From positions 3,994 to 67,993 of the forward strand of contig CAZODO010000017.1 of NCBI GenBank assembly GCA_964578605.1: 64,000 nucleotides of DNA, read 5' to 3'. The translations under genes were made by a program, and so were the position numbers. Shown in pieces: positions 42,398 through 52,077 of this stretch (the stretch's first letter is position 1; every line of letters begins with the position of its first letter). The notes beneath the pieces are model-generated. The model was not told the DNA's origin, made no database searches, and worked only from the letters and a program-made list of their open reading frames with translations. This stretch comes from an uncultured Verrucomicrobiota bacterium. Lineage in GTDB: Bacteria; Verrucomicrobiota; Verrucomicrobiia; Limisphaerales; SIBE01.

Positions 42398-45325
42398 TTA
42401 CAATTCGCTGGCGGTGTAAGTGGAATCGAGCGTTTTGCTGATCCGCTGTTTGCATTCCACCAGGTGGGCGCGGGTGGTGTCGTCCAAGGTGTCGGCCTTG
42501 GTTTGCAGCACCTTATCGATGCGGGTGCCAAGGTCGCTCAGGTGCAAGCGCGCCAGGCTTCGGGCGTCGGCGGGGACGCTGCTCGCGCCCAGGACAACCA
42601 CATAGCCATAAACATCTTCGACACTGCTCCGGCGGGTGCCAACGACCATGGCCATCAACCGTCTGAGATGCTCGCGCTGGAGGTTTCTGCGAATGGTCGT
42701 ATAGGAACTCGTGCCCCCGTTGAGTTCGGACCAGATATTCTCGGTCAGGGTTGAGAAGATCTCTTCCATTTTGAGCGGCTTGGCGTCCGGCTCTGATTGA
42801 AGCTCCTGGTTCTGGATGCGCGACAGGATGTTGGGAGAGAAGCACTGATTGAGAACGATTCTCTGGATCGCCAGCACGCGGCTGTAGATTGGGTAATCGA
42901 TGCTGCCGCCCACAGCGATGGAATCACTGCCCCAATGCAGCCAGTTCTGTGTTGCCAACCTCCGGAGGAGAGCCGGCGAGAACTGAAACGCGTCGTCGTT
43001 CAAAAGGTGCTCCACGGCGAATTGAAGCGCCTCGCGCTGTTTCTTCCCGGGGACGGGCACGATCGGGTCGCGGCTATTGGCTCCGCCTTTGAAATCGCGG
43101 GAAACGTACTGCCCGCCGATAAAGGCGGTCGCGATATAGGCGGCATTGCCATATTGATTGAACAGCACCGAGAACGCGGAGCGCAAGCGGGCCCACGATT
43201 CCCCGTCTTTGACGACGCGCTGATCGAGGTCTTTCAGGAGATCGGAGGCCAGCTGCATTCGGTTCTTTCCGAATTCCATGGGATCGGAACCGAGGTCATA
43301 GACGTTCACCAGCGGATCGTCATTGAGATACATGTCTTCGTCGGTGGCAAACATCATTTCGGGCTCAGGGGACCGGGCCGCAATCTTGGCCAACTCGACA
43401 GCTTCGTCGCCTTCGATCGGCCTGTAAGCGTATTCGATCGCCCAGTAATCATACGGGCCAAGGGTCACGCTGGCGTAGTCGCCCTGTTTCTGGCCTTGGG
43501 GTGCGATGTTGATGGGGTTGTAATCCATCACGCTCCCGCTCATGCCTTTGACGCGAGTGATGCTCGTGTCGTTGACCTCGTCGTAATCCAGCATGGTGCT
43601 CGCCTTGAAGTTGTGGCGCAGCCCGAGCGAATGGCCCACCTCGTGCATTACGACTTCCTTAATCGCCTGGCCCAGGAACTCCTCCGGAAGCTTCGCGGCG
43701 CCGTCGCCGCCGGGCCCGGGTTGGGCGAGAGCCATGGCGGCCAAGCTGTACTCGTGCAGGCGCATGGAACTGAGCTGGCAAGTATGGAACCTCCCGGCCG
43801 CAAACCGCCGGTGCAATGCCCGTTGCAGCGGGGTCCATTCGGAAGGAACAAGCTCGAGCTTGAGCCCCTCTTCTGTGACCAGGTTGTGCCCCGCGTTCCG
43901 GCGCGCGGAAGGAAGGGGGAACGGCAGGCCATAACCATTCTTCGCCGCCAACATGGGGCTGATGATCTCGGCCATTCCGAGGATGGCTGGCGGGCCAGCG
44001 GAGGCCTGTGCTCCGGGGACCGGGGTGCCCACAAGGTAAGCGTGCTGCGTCTTCCAATAGCGAATCCAGCTCGCGTCGAAGATCACGTCGCCATCGATCA
44101 TTTCGCCGGTCAACGGGTTCGAACGGAGCGCCGACATCGCAAAGGTGGAGCTGGTCGTGATCCAGCGGAAGGTGCAGTAATTGATATCTTCGGGATCGAA
44201 TTCATCGCGGTCGTTCTGCCAGCGCACCGCGATGGCATTGCGGAAACCGACTTTCTCGAACGCCTTGTTCCACTCGAGGATGCCGTCCTCCACATAGGGC
44301 CGGAACTCCTGCGGGACGTTGTCTTCCACCCACCAGACGATCTGCTTTTTCTGGGGAGAGACTTTCGCCTTGGGATCGGCCTTTTCAAGTCGCCAACGGT
44401 TGATAGTGCGGACGAACTCGGTTGAAGGATCGGCCGAACCGAAATCCTTGGTGGCATTCAGGAAATGGCCAACGCGGTGATCCGCCAAACGCGGTTTGTA
44501 ACCGGGCTCCGGCAGCTTCGAGAGGCTATAATGGATCACAAGAGTGATGCCCCGGGAATCGACCACTCCGTCGTCTTCGGAAGCTGAGCCTGACAGCGAA
44601 CGCCCCGAGAAGGTGGCTTCCACCTGCAGCTCGATGTTGTTCGGGAAAGTCTTGATCTTCGCCCACGTGCTGCGGTTGCGATCCATCGGACCAATGCCAA
44701 GCTGCGCGAAATCGGTGAGGAAAATCTGGCTCAGGTCGATCAGGATGCCTTGCCCGGCCGGGTTGATCGAGATGATGGGGAGCGCCATCAACACCGAATC
44801 GGCGTAGTTCTGCTGCACAGCCTTGAGCAGCGGCGTGTTGTCCGGAGCTCGGTAATGGATATTTCGGCGCAAGAGCTGGATCTTGTCGCCGGTCTGCCGG
44901 AACAGGACGATCCACTCGTCGCCAAAATTGAGAGGTTGCCCCGCCGAAGCCAGCCCGCGAGCGATCGCGATCGGCGCCAGAAGGGGCTGATTCAACTGGG
45001 GCGGTTTGATCTCGGCGTAAAGCGTCTCGTTGGTGCGATACAGGGTGAACAAACCGTCGAAACGCTCCGTCCCGCGGGTTACCTCGCTGAAATCCTTATA
45101 CTTGGAAGGAGGGCGTTGCGGCGCGGCCGGCGCACTGGCGGGAGGCGCGGCAGGGGTTTGTGCGTTTAATTGAACCGACTGCAGGCAGACGGCGGCAAGT
45201 GCCAGAGCCGCCAACCCGACTCCGAGAGGTCCCCGGATCGCATGGCGAGGACCTGATCGCCCGTGGGGGAATTCACGACGATCCCACACTGTTTTTTGCT
45301 CAGACCAAATTGAGGGATTTTCCAT
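42398..45325 (-). CDS. Secreted zinc-dependent metalloprotease (DUF5117/DUF5118/EcxA-like)
   Basis: Signal peptide, HEVGHSLGLRHNF, SVMDY Met-turn. Confidence 0.9.
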   Translation of the reverse strand: MENPSIWSEQKTVWDRREFPHGRSGPRHAIRGPLGVGLAALALAAVCLQSVQLNAQTPAAPPASAPAAPQRPPSKYKDFSEVTRGTERFDGLFTLYRTNETLYAEIKPPQLNQPLLAPIAIARGLASAGQPLNFGDEWIVLFRQTGDKIQLLRRNIHYRAPDNTPLLKAVQQNYADSVLMALPIISINPAGQGILIDLSQIFLTDFAQLGIGPMDRNRSTWAKIKTFPNNIELQVEATFSGRSLSGSASEDDGVVDSRGITLVIHYSLSKLPEPGYKPRLADHRVGHFLNATKDFGSADPSTEFVRTINRWRLEKADPKAKVSPQKKQIVWWVEDNVPQEFRPYVEDGILEWNKAFEKVGFRNAIAVRWQNDRDEFDPEDINYCTFRWITTSSTFAMSALRSNPLTGEMIDGDVIFDASWIRYWKTQHAYLVGTPVPGAQASAGPPAILGMAEIISPMLAAKNGYGLPFPLPSARRNAGHNLVTEEGLKLELVPSEWTPLQRALHRRFAAGRFHTCQLSSMRLHEYSLAAMALAQPGPGGDGAAKLPEEFLGQAIKEVVMHEVGHSLGLRHNFKASTMLDYDEVNDTSITRVKGMSGSVMDYNPINIAPQGQKQGDYASVTLGPYDYWAIEYAYRPIEGDEAVELAKIAARSPEPEMMFATDEDMYLNDDPLVNVYDLGSDPMEFGKNRMQLASDLLKDLDQRVVKDGESWARLRSAFSVLFNQYGNAAYIATAFIGGQYVSRDFKGGANSRDPIVPVPGKKQREALQFAVEHLLNDDAFQFSPALLRRLATQNWLHWGSDSIAVGGSIDYPIYSRVLAIQRIVLNQCFSPNILSRIQNQELQSEPDAKPLKMEEIFSTLTENIWSELNGGTSSYTTIRRNLQREHLRRLMAMVVGTRRSSVEDVYGYVVVLGASSVPADARSLARLHLSDLGTRIDKVLQTKADTLDDTTRAHLVECKQRISKTLDSTYTASEL

Positions 45326-45403
45326 GCCACGATTTGGACCAAACGAAGGCGGATTTCAAGTGAAATGCGCGCCTGCGACGGGTGCCACCAAGAAAGCGCA
45401 GGC

Positions 45404-47236
45404 TCACAGCGCGGCGCGTTCCAGGGCCTGCGTCAGTTGCTCTACCGTATAGGCATCGCTGGCGAAAACCTCTTTGCCAGTCCGAGAGTAGACAACCAGG
45501 TACGGGATGGTGCGCCGCCCCACCTCCAGAAGTTTTCGGTTTCCCTCAACATTGTTGCCGGTGATATCGACTTTGATGGGCACAACGCCCTCCGAATTCA
45601 GGAGCGAAACCACCTTCGGATGATGCAGGACCGTCTGTTCGAGCGCGTGGCAATTCAGGCACCAGGCCGCGGTGAATTCAAGGACCACAACTTGGTTCCC
45701 CTGCTGCGCCTTCGCCATACGTTCCGGGGTGTAGTAAACCCACTTCACGGGGCTGCTCTGGGTAAACCGGATGCCCAGCCCAAGGGCAAGCACGACAAAA
45801 ACCACGCCCAAACCTCCGAACAGAACGCGCTTTGCGAGACTCCGGGTTAACTGAAAGGTGCGCCATGCCAGCCAGACTCCCGCCGCGGCAATGAACAGCG
45901 CCACCACCCACCAATAGGCCTGCGTGGGCGGATCCGGCGGTTCAGCCACCCATCCGGCAAGCCCGGTCCCGAGGAAGTAGGCGCCCGCGGCCAGCATTAG
46001 CAAGCCCATGACTTGTTTGATCAGTTCGCTGGCAGGGCCCGTTCGAGGCATGCGCTTGACCAGGCCAGGGAACGCCGAGAGCACAAGGTAAGGCAAGGCC
46101 ATCCCGATCCCGATCGCCGCGAACGTGCTCAAAGTCACAACCGCATGCTGGGTGGCCGCCCACGCCGCCGCCGCCCCCATAAACGGCGCCGTGCACGGCG
46201 TCGAAAGCACCGCGGTCATAATTCCAAAGAGAAAGGAGCCTCCCGCAGATTCCTGGGAGGGGTTTACGCGATAGACCCATTGAGGCAGGCTGATCGCAAA
46301 GACCCCGCACATCCCGATGGCCATGGCGCAGATGATCCCCCCAACGCCGATCGTGAATGCCGGGTACTGAAAGAGCTTGTTCGTGGCGTCGAAACCGCTG
46401 ATCGAACTGACCGCCAACGCCAGCGCCAGCCAAAAAGCCACCACCCCCAGCGCCAGCATCACCCCGAGCGCAAAGCACCGCCGCCGATTGCCCGCAGCTT
46501 GTGAAAGCCCCATGATCTTGATCGGAATCAGCGGCAGGACGCACGGCGTGAAGTTCAGGAGCATTCCGCCAATCGCCGCCACAATGAGCAATAGCCACAA
46601 CCGCGAAGGCTCAATCTCGAAGTCCCATCCGAAAAAAGGCATCTTCAGCCGTTCCTTAAGCTCCTGCATCCCGGCGAAAATCTCCGGATTGGTCTTCGTG
46701 ACTTCCATTCCAGGCGCGGCGATAGTCAGTTTGACCGGCGCGCTGGCGTCGGTCGGGAACAGGCATTGTTTATCGTCGCACGCCTGGTAACTCACCTTGA
46801 ATTCCAGCTCCAAATCCCCAGGCTGCGCCGCCGGCGTGACGGACACCGGAATGTAAATGATCGTCCGCCCGGAAAAGACCTGGATTCGCTCCTTGCTCTC
46901 GCCGAATCCGAATTCGATCTCGTGAGGCGGCGGGAAGATGGGGGTGCTGCTCTGGACCGTGGGCGGCGCCTTCGCCAGTTCAATCTGGGTCGGGATGAAC
47001 GGGTCTTTGGCGGTGTTGGCATTGACATGGTACGGCTCACGAATATCCAACGCGATCGCCACCACCGTCTGGCCACCGGGTCGCACCGCGCTGTCGGAGA
47101 CGTAATGCGAAACCTGCACAACCGGCGCCCCCCCGCCGAAGAACCCGCCCGCGCCGCCCATTTGCGGCCATGCACGAACCCCACTCACCAGGCACGCCAG
47201 GACGGCCAACATCAGGCAACGGCAAACGTTTCTCAT
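45404..47236 (-). CDS. DsbD-like thiol:disulfide interchange protein
   Basis: YQACDDKQC, NFTPCVLP, STPCTAP, WCLNC thioredoxin motif. Confidence 0.9.
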   Translation of the reverse strand: MRNVCRCLMLAVLACLVSGVRAWPQMGGAGGFFGGGAPVVQVSHYVSDSAVRPGGQTVVAIALDIREPYHVNANTAKDPFIPTQIELAKAPPTVQSSTPIFPPPHEIEFGFGESKERIQVFSGRTIIYIPVSVTPAAQPGDLELEFKVSYQACDDKQCLFPTDASAPVKLTIAAPGMEVTKTNPEIFAGMQELKERLKMPFFGWDFEIEPSRLWLLLIVAAIGGMLLNFTPCVLPLIPIKIMGLSQAAGNRRRCFALGVMLALGVVAFWLALALAVSSISGFDATNKLFQYPAFTIGVGGIICAMAIGMCGVFAISLPQWVYRVNPSQESAGGSFLFGIMTAVLSTPCTAPFMGAAAAWAATQHAVVTLSTFAAIGIGMALPYLVLSAFPGLVKRMPRTGPASELIKQVMGLLMLAAGAYFLGTGLAGWVAEPPDPPTQAYWWVVALFIAAAGVWLAWRTFQLTRSLAKRVLFGGLGVVFVVLALGLGIRFTQSSPVKWVYYTPERMAKAQQGNQVVVLEFTAAWCLNCHALEQTVLHHPKVVSLLNSEGVVPIKVDITGNNVEGNRKLLEVGRRTIPYLVVYSRTGKEVFASDAYTVEQLTQALERAAL

Positions 47237-47365
47237 GATAAACGTCTTGATCATACATCGGGGCGGCAGCTTCGCCAAACGCTTGTGCCCTGGAACAACC
47301 TCCACAATCGGCCGAAGCAAACCAGGCGGCGCGACAACGGTCGCCTCTGCCATACGGGGCCGTCG

Positions 47366-48460
47366 TCAGGAATCTGAGACGTGCTCCAGCGCCGCTCGAA
47401 GGGCAGCACCGGGCACCGGTTGTCCGTGCTCGACCTCCCCAATCCGCTTCGCAAGCACGAATCGGACTTCGCCTTCGCTCACCTTTTTATCCAAGCGCAT
47501 GGCCGCCAGGAGCTTCTCCACCTGCGACCGGCCAAGACGGACCGTTGTGGGGAGGCCCGCACGCGCCAGCAGCGTGCCGATTCGTTCGACGTGACTTTGG
47601 GCCAGGCCCAGTTGCGACGCGGAAACATGTGCGGCCGCCACTTGCCCGATGGAAATCGCTTCCCCATGCAGGAACCGGCCGTACCCGGACACGGCCTCCA
47701 ACGCATGCCCAATCGTGTGCCCGAAGTTCAGGATCGCCCGCAGACCCGACTCTTTCTCGTCATGCGCCACGACGTGCGCCTTGATGGCGCAACATCGGCT
47801 CACTATGGCAGCCAGAACCCCCTCTTCGCGCGCCATCAAACTCTCCAGGTCCTTTTCCAGGCGGCGGAAAAAGGCGGCGTCAAAGATGATCCCATACTTG
47901 ATGACCTCACCCAGGCCCGCGCAGAACTCGCGCTTGGGCAGGGTGTCAAGGGTGGACAGGTCGCAGAAGACGAAGCTCGGCTGGTAAAAGGCCCCAACCA
48001 GGTTCTTGCCCGCGGGAAGATTGACTCCAACCTTGCCGCCCACCGAGCTATCTACTTGTGCCAGCAAAGTCGTGGGAACTTGCACGAACGGAATACCGCG
48101 GAGGTAAGCGGCCGCAACAAACCCGGCGAGGTCGCCAATCACGCCACCCCCCAGGGCCACCACAAAGGATTTGCGCTCCAATCGGGCGGCGGCCAATCGT
48201 TCGAAGCATCGGCTGGCCATTTCGAGGCTTTTGGAGGTCTCTCCGGCCGGCACCGTGATCAGAACGGGATCGAACCCGGCGCTCACGAGCGATTTCAATG
48301 CCGCATCGGCATAGAACTTCGCCACATTTCGGTCCGTAATCACCGCGCAGCGCGATCCCAGGGCGTGTTTGGCGCATTCAGCCCCCAACTGCGGGAGCAA
48401 ACCCCGCCCGATCAGAATTCGATAAGTTCGGTCCGCCAACGGGACCTTGACGACGCGCAT
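47366..48460 (-). CDS. aroB: 3-dehydroquinate synthase
   Basis: GGGVIGD, PTTLLAQVDSSVGGK, LNFGHTIGHA, HGEA. Confidence 0.96.
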   Translation of the reverse strand: MRVVKVPLADRTYRILIGRGLLPQLGAECAKHALGSRCAVITDRNVAKFYADAALKSLVSAGFDPVLITVPAGETSKSLEMASRCFERLAAARLERKSFVVALGGGVIGDLAGFVAAAYLRGIPFVQVPTTLLAQVDSSVGGKVGVNLPAGKNLVGAFYQPSFVFCDLSTLDTLPKREFCAGLGEVIKYGIIFDAAFFRRLEKDLESLMAREEGVLAAIVSRCCAIKAHVVAHDEKESGLRAILNFGHTIGHALEAVSGYGRFLHGEAISIGQVAAAHVSASQLGLAQSHVERIGTLLARAGLPTTVRLGRSQVEKLLAAMRLDKKVSEGEVRFVLAKRIGEVEHGQPVPGAALRAALEHVSDS

Positions 48461-48580
48461 GGAGGCAGAATACGGGTCGGCGGGGAGGTGTCAAAGGCTG
48501 CCTGGCCCCTGAGAACGGTGTTGGGGCCTGCGAGATCAGGCGCAAGTCACCGGTTCTCCCGCCCTCCTTTTGGGCTTCTT

Positions 48581-48660
48581 CCGGGGTTCACCCGTAGATC
48601 ACCCGTAGTTCACCCGTAGTTCACCCGTTGGCGGACGGGTGATCTACGGGCCAACCCCGG
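48581..48660. repeat. Four tandem 11-bp repeats with an inverted copy (large hairpin)
   Basis: G(T/A)TCACCCGT(A/T) x4 at 48586-48629; 48635-48650 is the exact reverse complement of 48591-48606; flanked by CCGGGGTT/AACCCCGG. Confidence 0.85.
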
Positions 48661-48843
48661 GTCATCAACGCGGCATCCCCGAATCCAGCGGCAATTGACG
48701 TCTCAAAGGACCGAAAGCGCGTTTCAACCCCGGATTGGGCGCCGGAAAGCTGGCACTTGCCGGACGCGAAACGTCGCACAGTCTGGTGACAAAAAGTCAT
48801 CAACGAGATGAAACGCGGGACGACGGGCACGGTCAAATGAGCG

Positions 48844-50127
48844 ATGGAAACGTCTCGGAGTCCAAGCTGGGGCACTGAATCGCGTTTGGACAAATCTCGA
48901 TGCTGGATCTTGTTGGGTTCGCTTGTGTTGAACGGCGGGCTGGCAGTGTGGCTGATCGGCAGTTTGGCGAATGGACCTCAGTTGGCATCGACGCCCCCTC
49001 CAGACCATACGAAGGTTTCCCCTGGTCCGGGGCAGATCGCCCCAGCGCGTATCAATCGGGCCGGACCTCGACTGGAGAACGATGGCCCTGCCCCGCCGTT
49101 TCACTGGAGCGAACTCGAGTCCTCGAGCTACCCGGATTACATCGCAAAGCTGCGCGCAGCCGGCTGCCCGGAATCGGTGATTCGTGACGTTATCACCGCC
49201 GACCTGGCGCAGGTTTACGCGGCGCGCGCCCGCCAGATTTGGACACCAACCCCGCGCGAGTACTGGCGAAAACCGAGGCAATCCGACGCCGATCGGCCCA
49301 ATCCCAGCCAGATGAAACAGTTGATGGCCCTCGACCGAGAACGACAGGACGTCCAACGAACCCTCCTTGGGACGACCGTTCGACAGCAGGAGTTGATCGA
49401 TCTTGTATTCCTGCAGCTTCACGGCGCCGAACGCAGCCTAGCTTGGCTTCCGGAAGATCGACGCAGTGTCGCTTTGAACACTTTGGAAAAGGCCGGCTAT
49501 TTCGCCGAAGAGGAAGAACAACAGTCCAAGGCGCCCGTCGGAAAGACCCGCGCAAGCATCGAGGAAGGCTGGAAGGTGCAGGCGCGCCTTCTCCAAGGGG
49601 TTCTCACCCCGGCCGAACTTCAAGAGTTCACGATGCGTTCTTCTATGAAAGCGAGCATACTCCGCAGTGAGCTATCGTTCTTTGACGCGACGCAGGCCGA
49701 GTTCGATGCCATCCTGGCGATGCGCGAGAAGCATGACGCCGACAGTTCACTCCCAGTCGATGTTTACGCGCGCAAGGCAGCCGAATGTGCGGCTGTGCGA
49801 GAGGTCCTCAGCGAGCAGCGGGCTCAGGAGTATGAACGAGCCACCGACCTGTTCTACATCTGGGCGCGACACGCCGGAGAGCGGTTCGGGCTGCCCGAGG
49901 AAACCGCGTCGCAGGCCTGGGCTGTGAAACGAGAGACCATGGCGGCGGCCGATCAGGTTCGCCGTGACCCAGCCCTCAGTGACGCGGACAAGCGGCAGCG
50001 GTTGACTGGACTAAAGCAATCGGCCGGCGCGCAATTGGACGAGATGCTCGGAACAGCCGCATCCCAATACGCCCGCCAAGGCGACGGCGCCTGGCTGCAA
50101 ATCCTTGATCAACGCACCCAGCCATGA
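48844..50127 (+). CDS. Membrane-anchored helical hypothetical protein (paralog 1)
   Basis: TM anchor, Pro-rich linker, YIAKLRAAGCPESVIRDVI, LTPAELQEF. Confidence 0.85.
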   Translation: METSRSPSWGTESRLDKSRCWILLGSLVLNGGLAVWLIGSLANGPQLASTPPPDHTKVSPGPGQIAPARINRAGPRLENDGPAPPFHWSELESSSYPDYIAKLRAAGCPESVIRDVITADLAQVYAARARQIWTPTPREYWRKPRQSDADRPNPSQMKQLMALDRERQDVQRTLLGTTVRQQELIDLVFLQLHGAERSLAWLPEDRRSVALNTLEKAGYFAEEEEQQSKAPVGKTRASIEEGWKVQARLLQGVLTPAELQEFTMRSSMKASILRSELSFFDATQAEFDAILAMREKHDADSSLPVDVYARKAAECAAVREVLSEQRAQEYERATDLFYIWARHAGERFGLPEETASQAWAVKRETMAAADQVRRDPALSDADKRQRLTGLKQSAGAQLDEMLGTAASQYARQGDGAWLQILDQRTQP

Positions 50128-51395
50128 ACCTGATTTTGCGATCGAGCCTGGTGCTGAACGCGGTCTTGCTGGTGATCGCAATGGCAAGGTTGCTCTCGAG
50201 TCGGCCCAACCCGATTCCCACGACGACCCCGGCGCGTCCCGACGCTGTCACAGCGCCATTTGTTCCGAATGCCGAACCGCCCACACAAGTCCCCGGCGTG
50301 GCGAATACCCGGAAAGGCTGGGATTGGGTTGAGAGTTCGGATCCCCGGCGTCTTATCGCGAATCTCCGCGAGGTGGGGTGCCCAGAGGAGACAATCCAGG
50401 ATATGGTTTGGCTGCGGCTTGTCCGCGCCATGCGCCAACGCCTGCTGGAGCAGACAGGCCAACAACAGCGATCCGTCCCCTACTGGAAAGCGCCTTCCGC
50501 TGAACAAACGCGAGCTCAGTTCTCATTGCGACGCAGTCTTCTGGACGAAGCCGCAGAGACTCTGGAAGGACTGTTTGGTGGAGATGAACTCGCCATTCGG
50601 ATGCGCGTCGCCGGTTTGCCACAGAGGGAGCAGCCTTACGCTTACCTTTCGCCGGAAAAGGCGTTAGCCGTTCGACAGATCACACGCCGCTTCACGGCTC
50701 TGGAAGAGGAACTGCGCGATTCCAATGTCCCAGGCGGTTTTATGGATCCTGATAGCCGCGCCAGGCAGAAGGCACTTGAGTTGGACAAACTGGTTGCCAT
50801 AAGCCAGGTGCTTACACCGGCCGAATACGACCTTTACCTTTACCGCAGTTCCTCCACCGCCGATTACGTTCGAAGAACCCTGCCGGAAGCCCAGTCGGAA
50901 GAGGACTTCAAGCGCATGGTTAAGGTCGCTTTGGAATTCGAGAAGGGTCACCTCGATGCGAGCTTAGGGGTGCGCTACGCGCTCCAAGATCCCGATGGCC
51001 CTGCAACCAAGGCGCAGAAAGAAGAGGAGCAAGCGTTTCGCCAGCGACTGGGCGAAGAACTGGGCGGCAACCGCCTCGCAGAACAGGAGGAACTCGAGGC
51101 GTCCCGGGAACGCCAGCAAAGAGAAGCCGAGGGGCGTGCTCGATCCATCGCCGAAATCACCGAAATTGGCGCGACGGAAGAAGAAGCCGGAAAACTCTTG
51201 GACCGCCTCATGGCTCTTCAACCGAAAATGGACGCGCGCGCCAAAGAGATGCTGCCCGAGAATCCTGCCCCCGAACAGCGCCAGGCGTTTGAGGCGGTCA
51301 TCAAAGCTGAACTGGAGCAGGCCGCCACCGAAATCATGGGTGAGGCCAAGGCCAAGAAATTGATCAAGAAGTTCGAGCGCGAAGCGAGACGGTAA
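50124..51395 (+). CDS. Membrane-anchored helical hypothetical protein (paralog 2)
   Basis: ATGA overlap; LIANLREVGCPEETIQDMV, LTPAEYDLY. Confidence 0.85.
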   Translation: MNLILRSSLVLNAVLLVIAMARLLSSRPNPIPTTTPARPDAVTAPFVPNAEPPTQVPGVANTRKGWDWVESSDPRRLIANLREVGCPEETIQDMVWLRLVRAMRQRLLEQTGQQQRSVPYWKAPSAEQTRAQFSLRRSLLDEAAETLEGLFGGDELAIRMRVAGLPQREQPYAYLSPEKALAVRQITRRFTALEEELRDSNVPGGFMDPDSRARQKALELDKLVAISQVLTPAEYDLYLYRSSSTADYVRRTLPEAQSEEDFKRMVKVALEFEKGHLDASLGVRYALQDPDGPATKAQKEEEQAFRQRLGEELGGNRLAEQEELEASRERQQREAEGRARSIAEITEIGATEEEAGKLLDRLMALQPKMDARAKEMLPENPAPEQRQAFEAVIKAELEQAATEIMGEAKAKKLIKKFEREARR

Positions 51396-51471
51396 GAGCC
51401 GCTCGAACATCCGCAAGGGAGCGCAAGGCTCTTGTTGCCGAACCGGTCCGCCTTATCAAAGGAGATTCCAG

Positions 51472-51510
51472 TTATGACTTGGGACATGAATAGATGTCCC
51501 ACTGGGTCAT
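51472..51510 (-). pseudogene. 12-codon stub of a probable toxin gene
   Basis: ATGA-coupled to the antitoxin stop; MTQWDIYSCPKS-stop; embedded in an inverted repeat. Confidence 0.45.
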
Positions 51511-51788
51511 AAATCCTCGAACGTGCCGGTCTTCTCCCTTAGTCTTCGCTTTCGGGACTGCTGGGTCGCGAGCACGAGCGCATGCTCCCGGACTCCTTCC
51601 GAAGATCCAGAGCCGTAGCACTCCTTGATCTCAGCCGGGGTCAACGGTGGCGGGTTGAGATAGCCGTTCTCTTCACGTTCCATCCTTCGCAGCGCCTCCC
51701 TTACGACCTCGCTCTGGTTGTTGAACCGGCCCTGGCTAATCATCCTCGCGATAAACCTTTCATTCTCCTTAGCCAACGCAAATGCCAT
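51507..51788 (-). CDS. RHH antitoxin (ParD/CopG-like)
   Basis: GRFNNQSEVVREALRRME. Confidence 0.85.
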   Translation of the reverse strand: MAFALAKENERFIARMISQGRFNNQSEVVREALRRMEREENGYLNPPPLTPAEIKECYGSGSSEGVREHALVLATQQSRKRRLREKTGTFEDL

Positions 51789-52077
51789 GTTACGAGTCAG
51801 CCAACTAATGGCAGCTCAGTCAAGAACCGCTGACGAGCGCACCCACGCGCGTCAGGGATGCAATGCACCGCTTCCTGCTTGCCAGAGCGGGGAATTGGAG
51901 GCGCCAGACGGATCATGTCAAAATGGGAACAAATTGTTCTCATTCACATAAAGGGTTCATCCGCAACCTTTTCTATCATCGTACGATAAGCCCAGTTCAT
52001 AGTGAGGAATGGGATTCTGTTGAGGAACGCGCCAGCCGTCGCAAGCTCGCAGTCTGAGCCCTGCGAACCTCGCGGGT

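Noticed and set aside
48809-48838. TGAAAC-N17-GTCAAA ECF-like promoter before the paralog pair
   Set aside because: Single occurrence with a different -10 from the supported motif; would require a leaderless transcript; not enough support.
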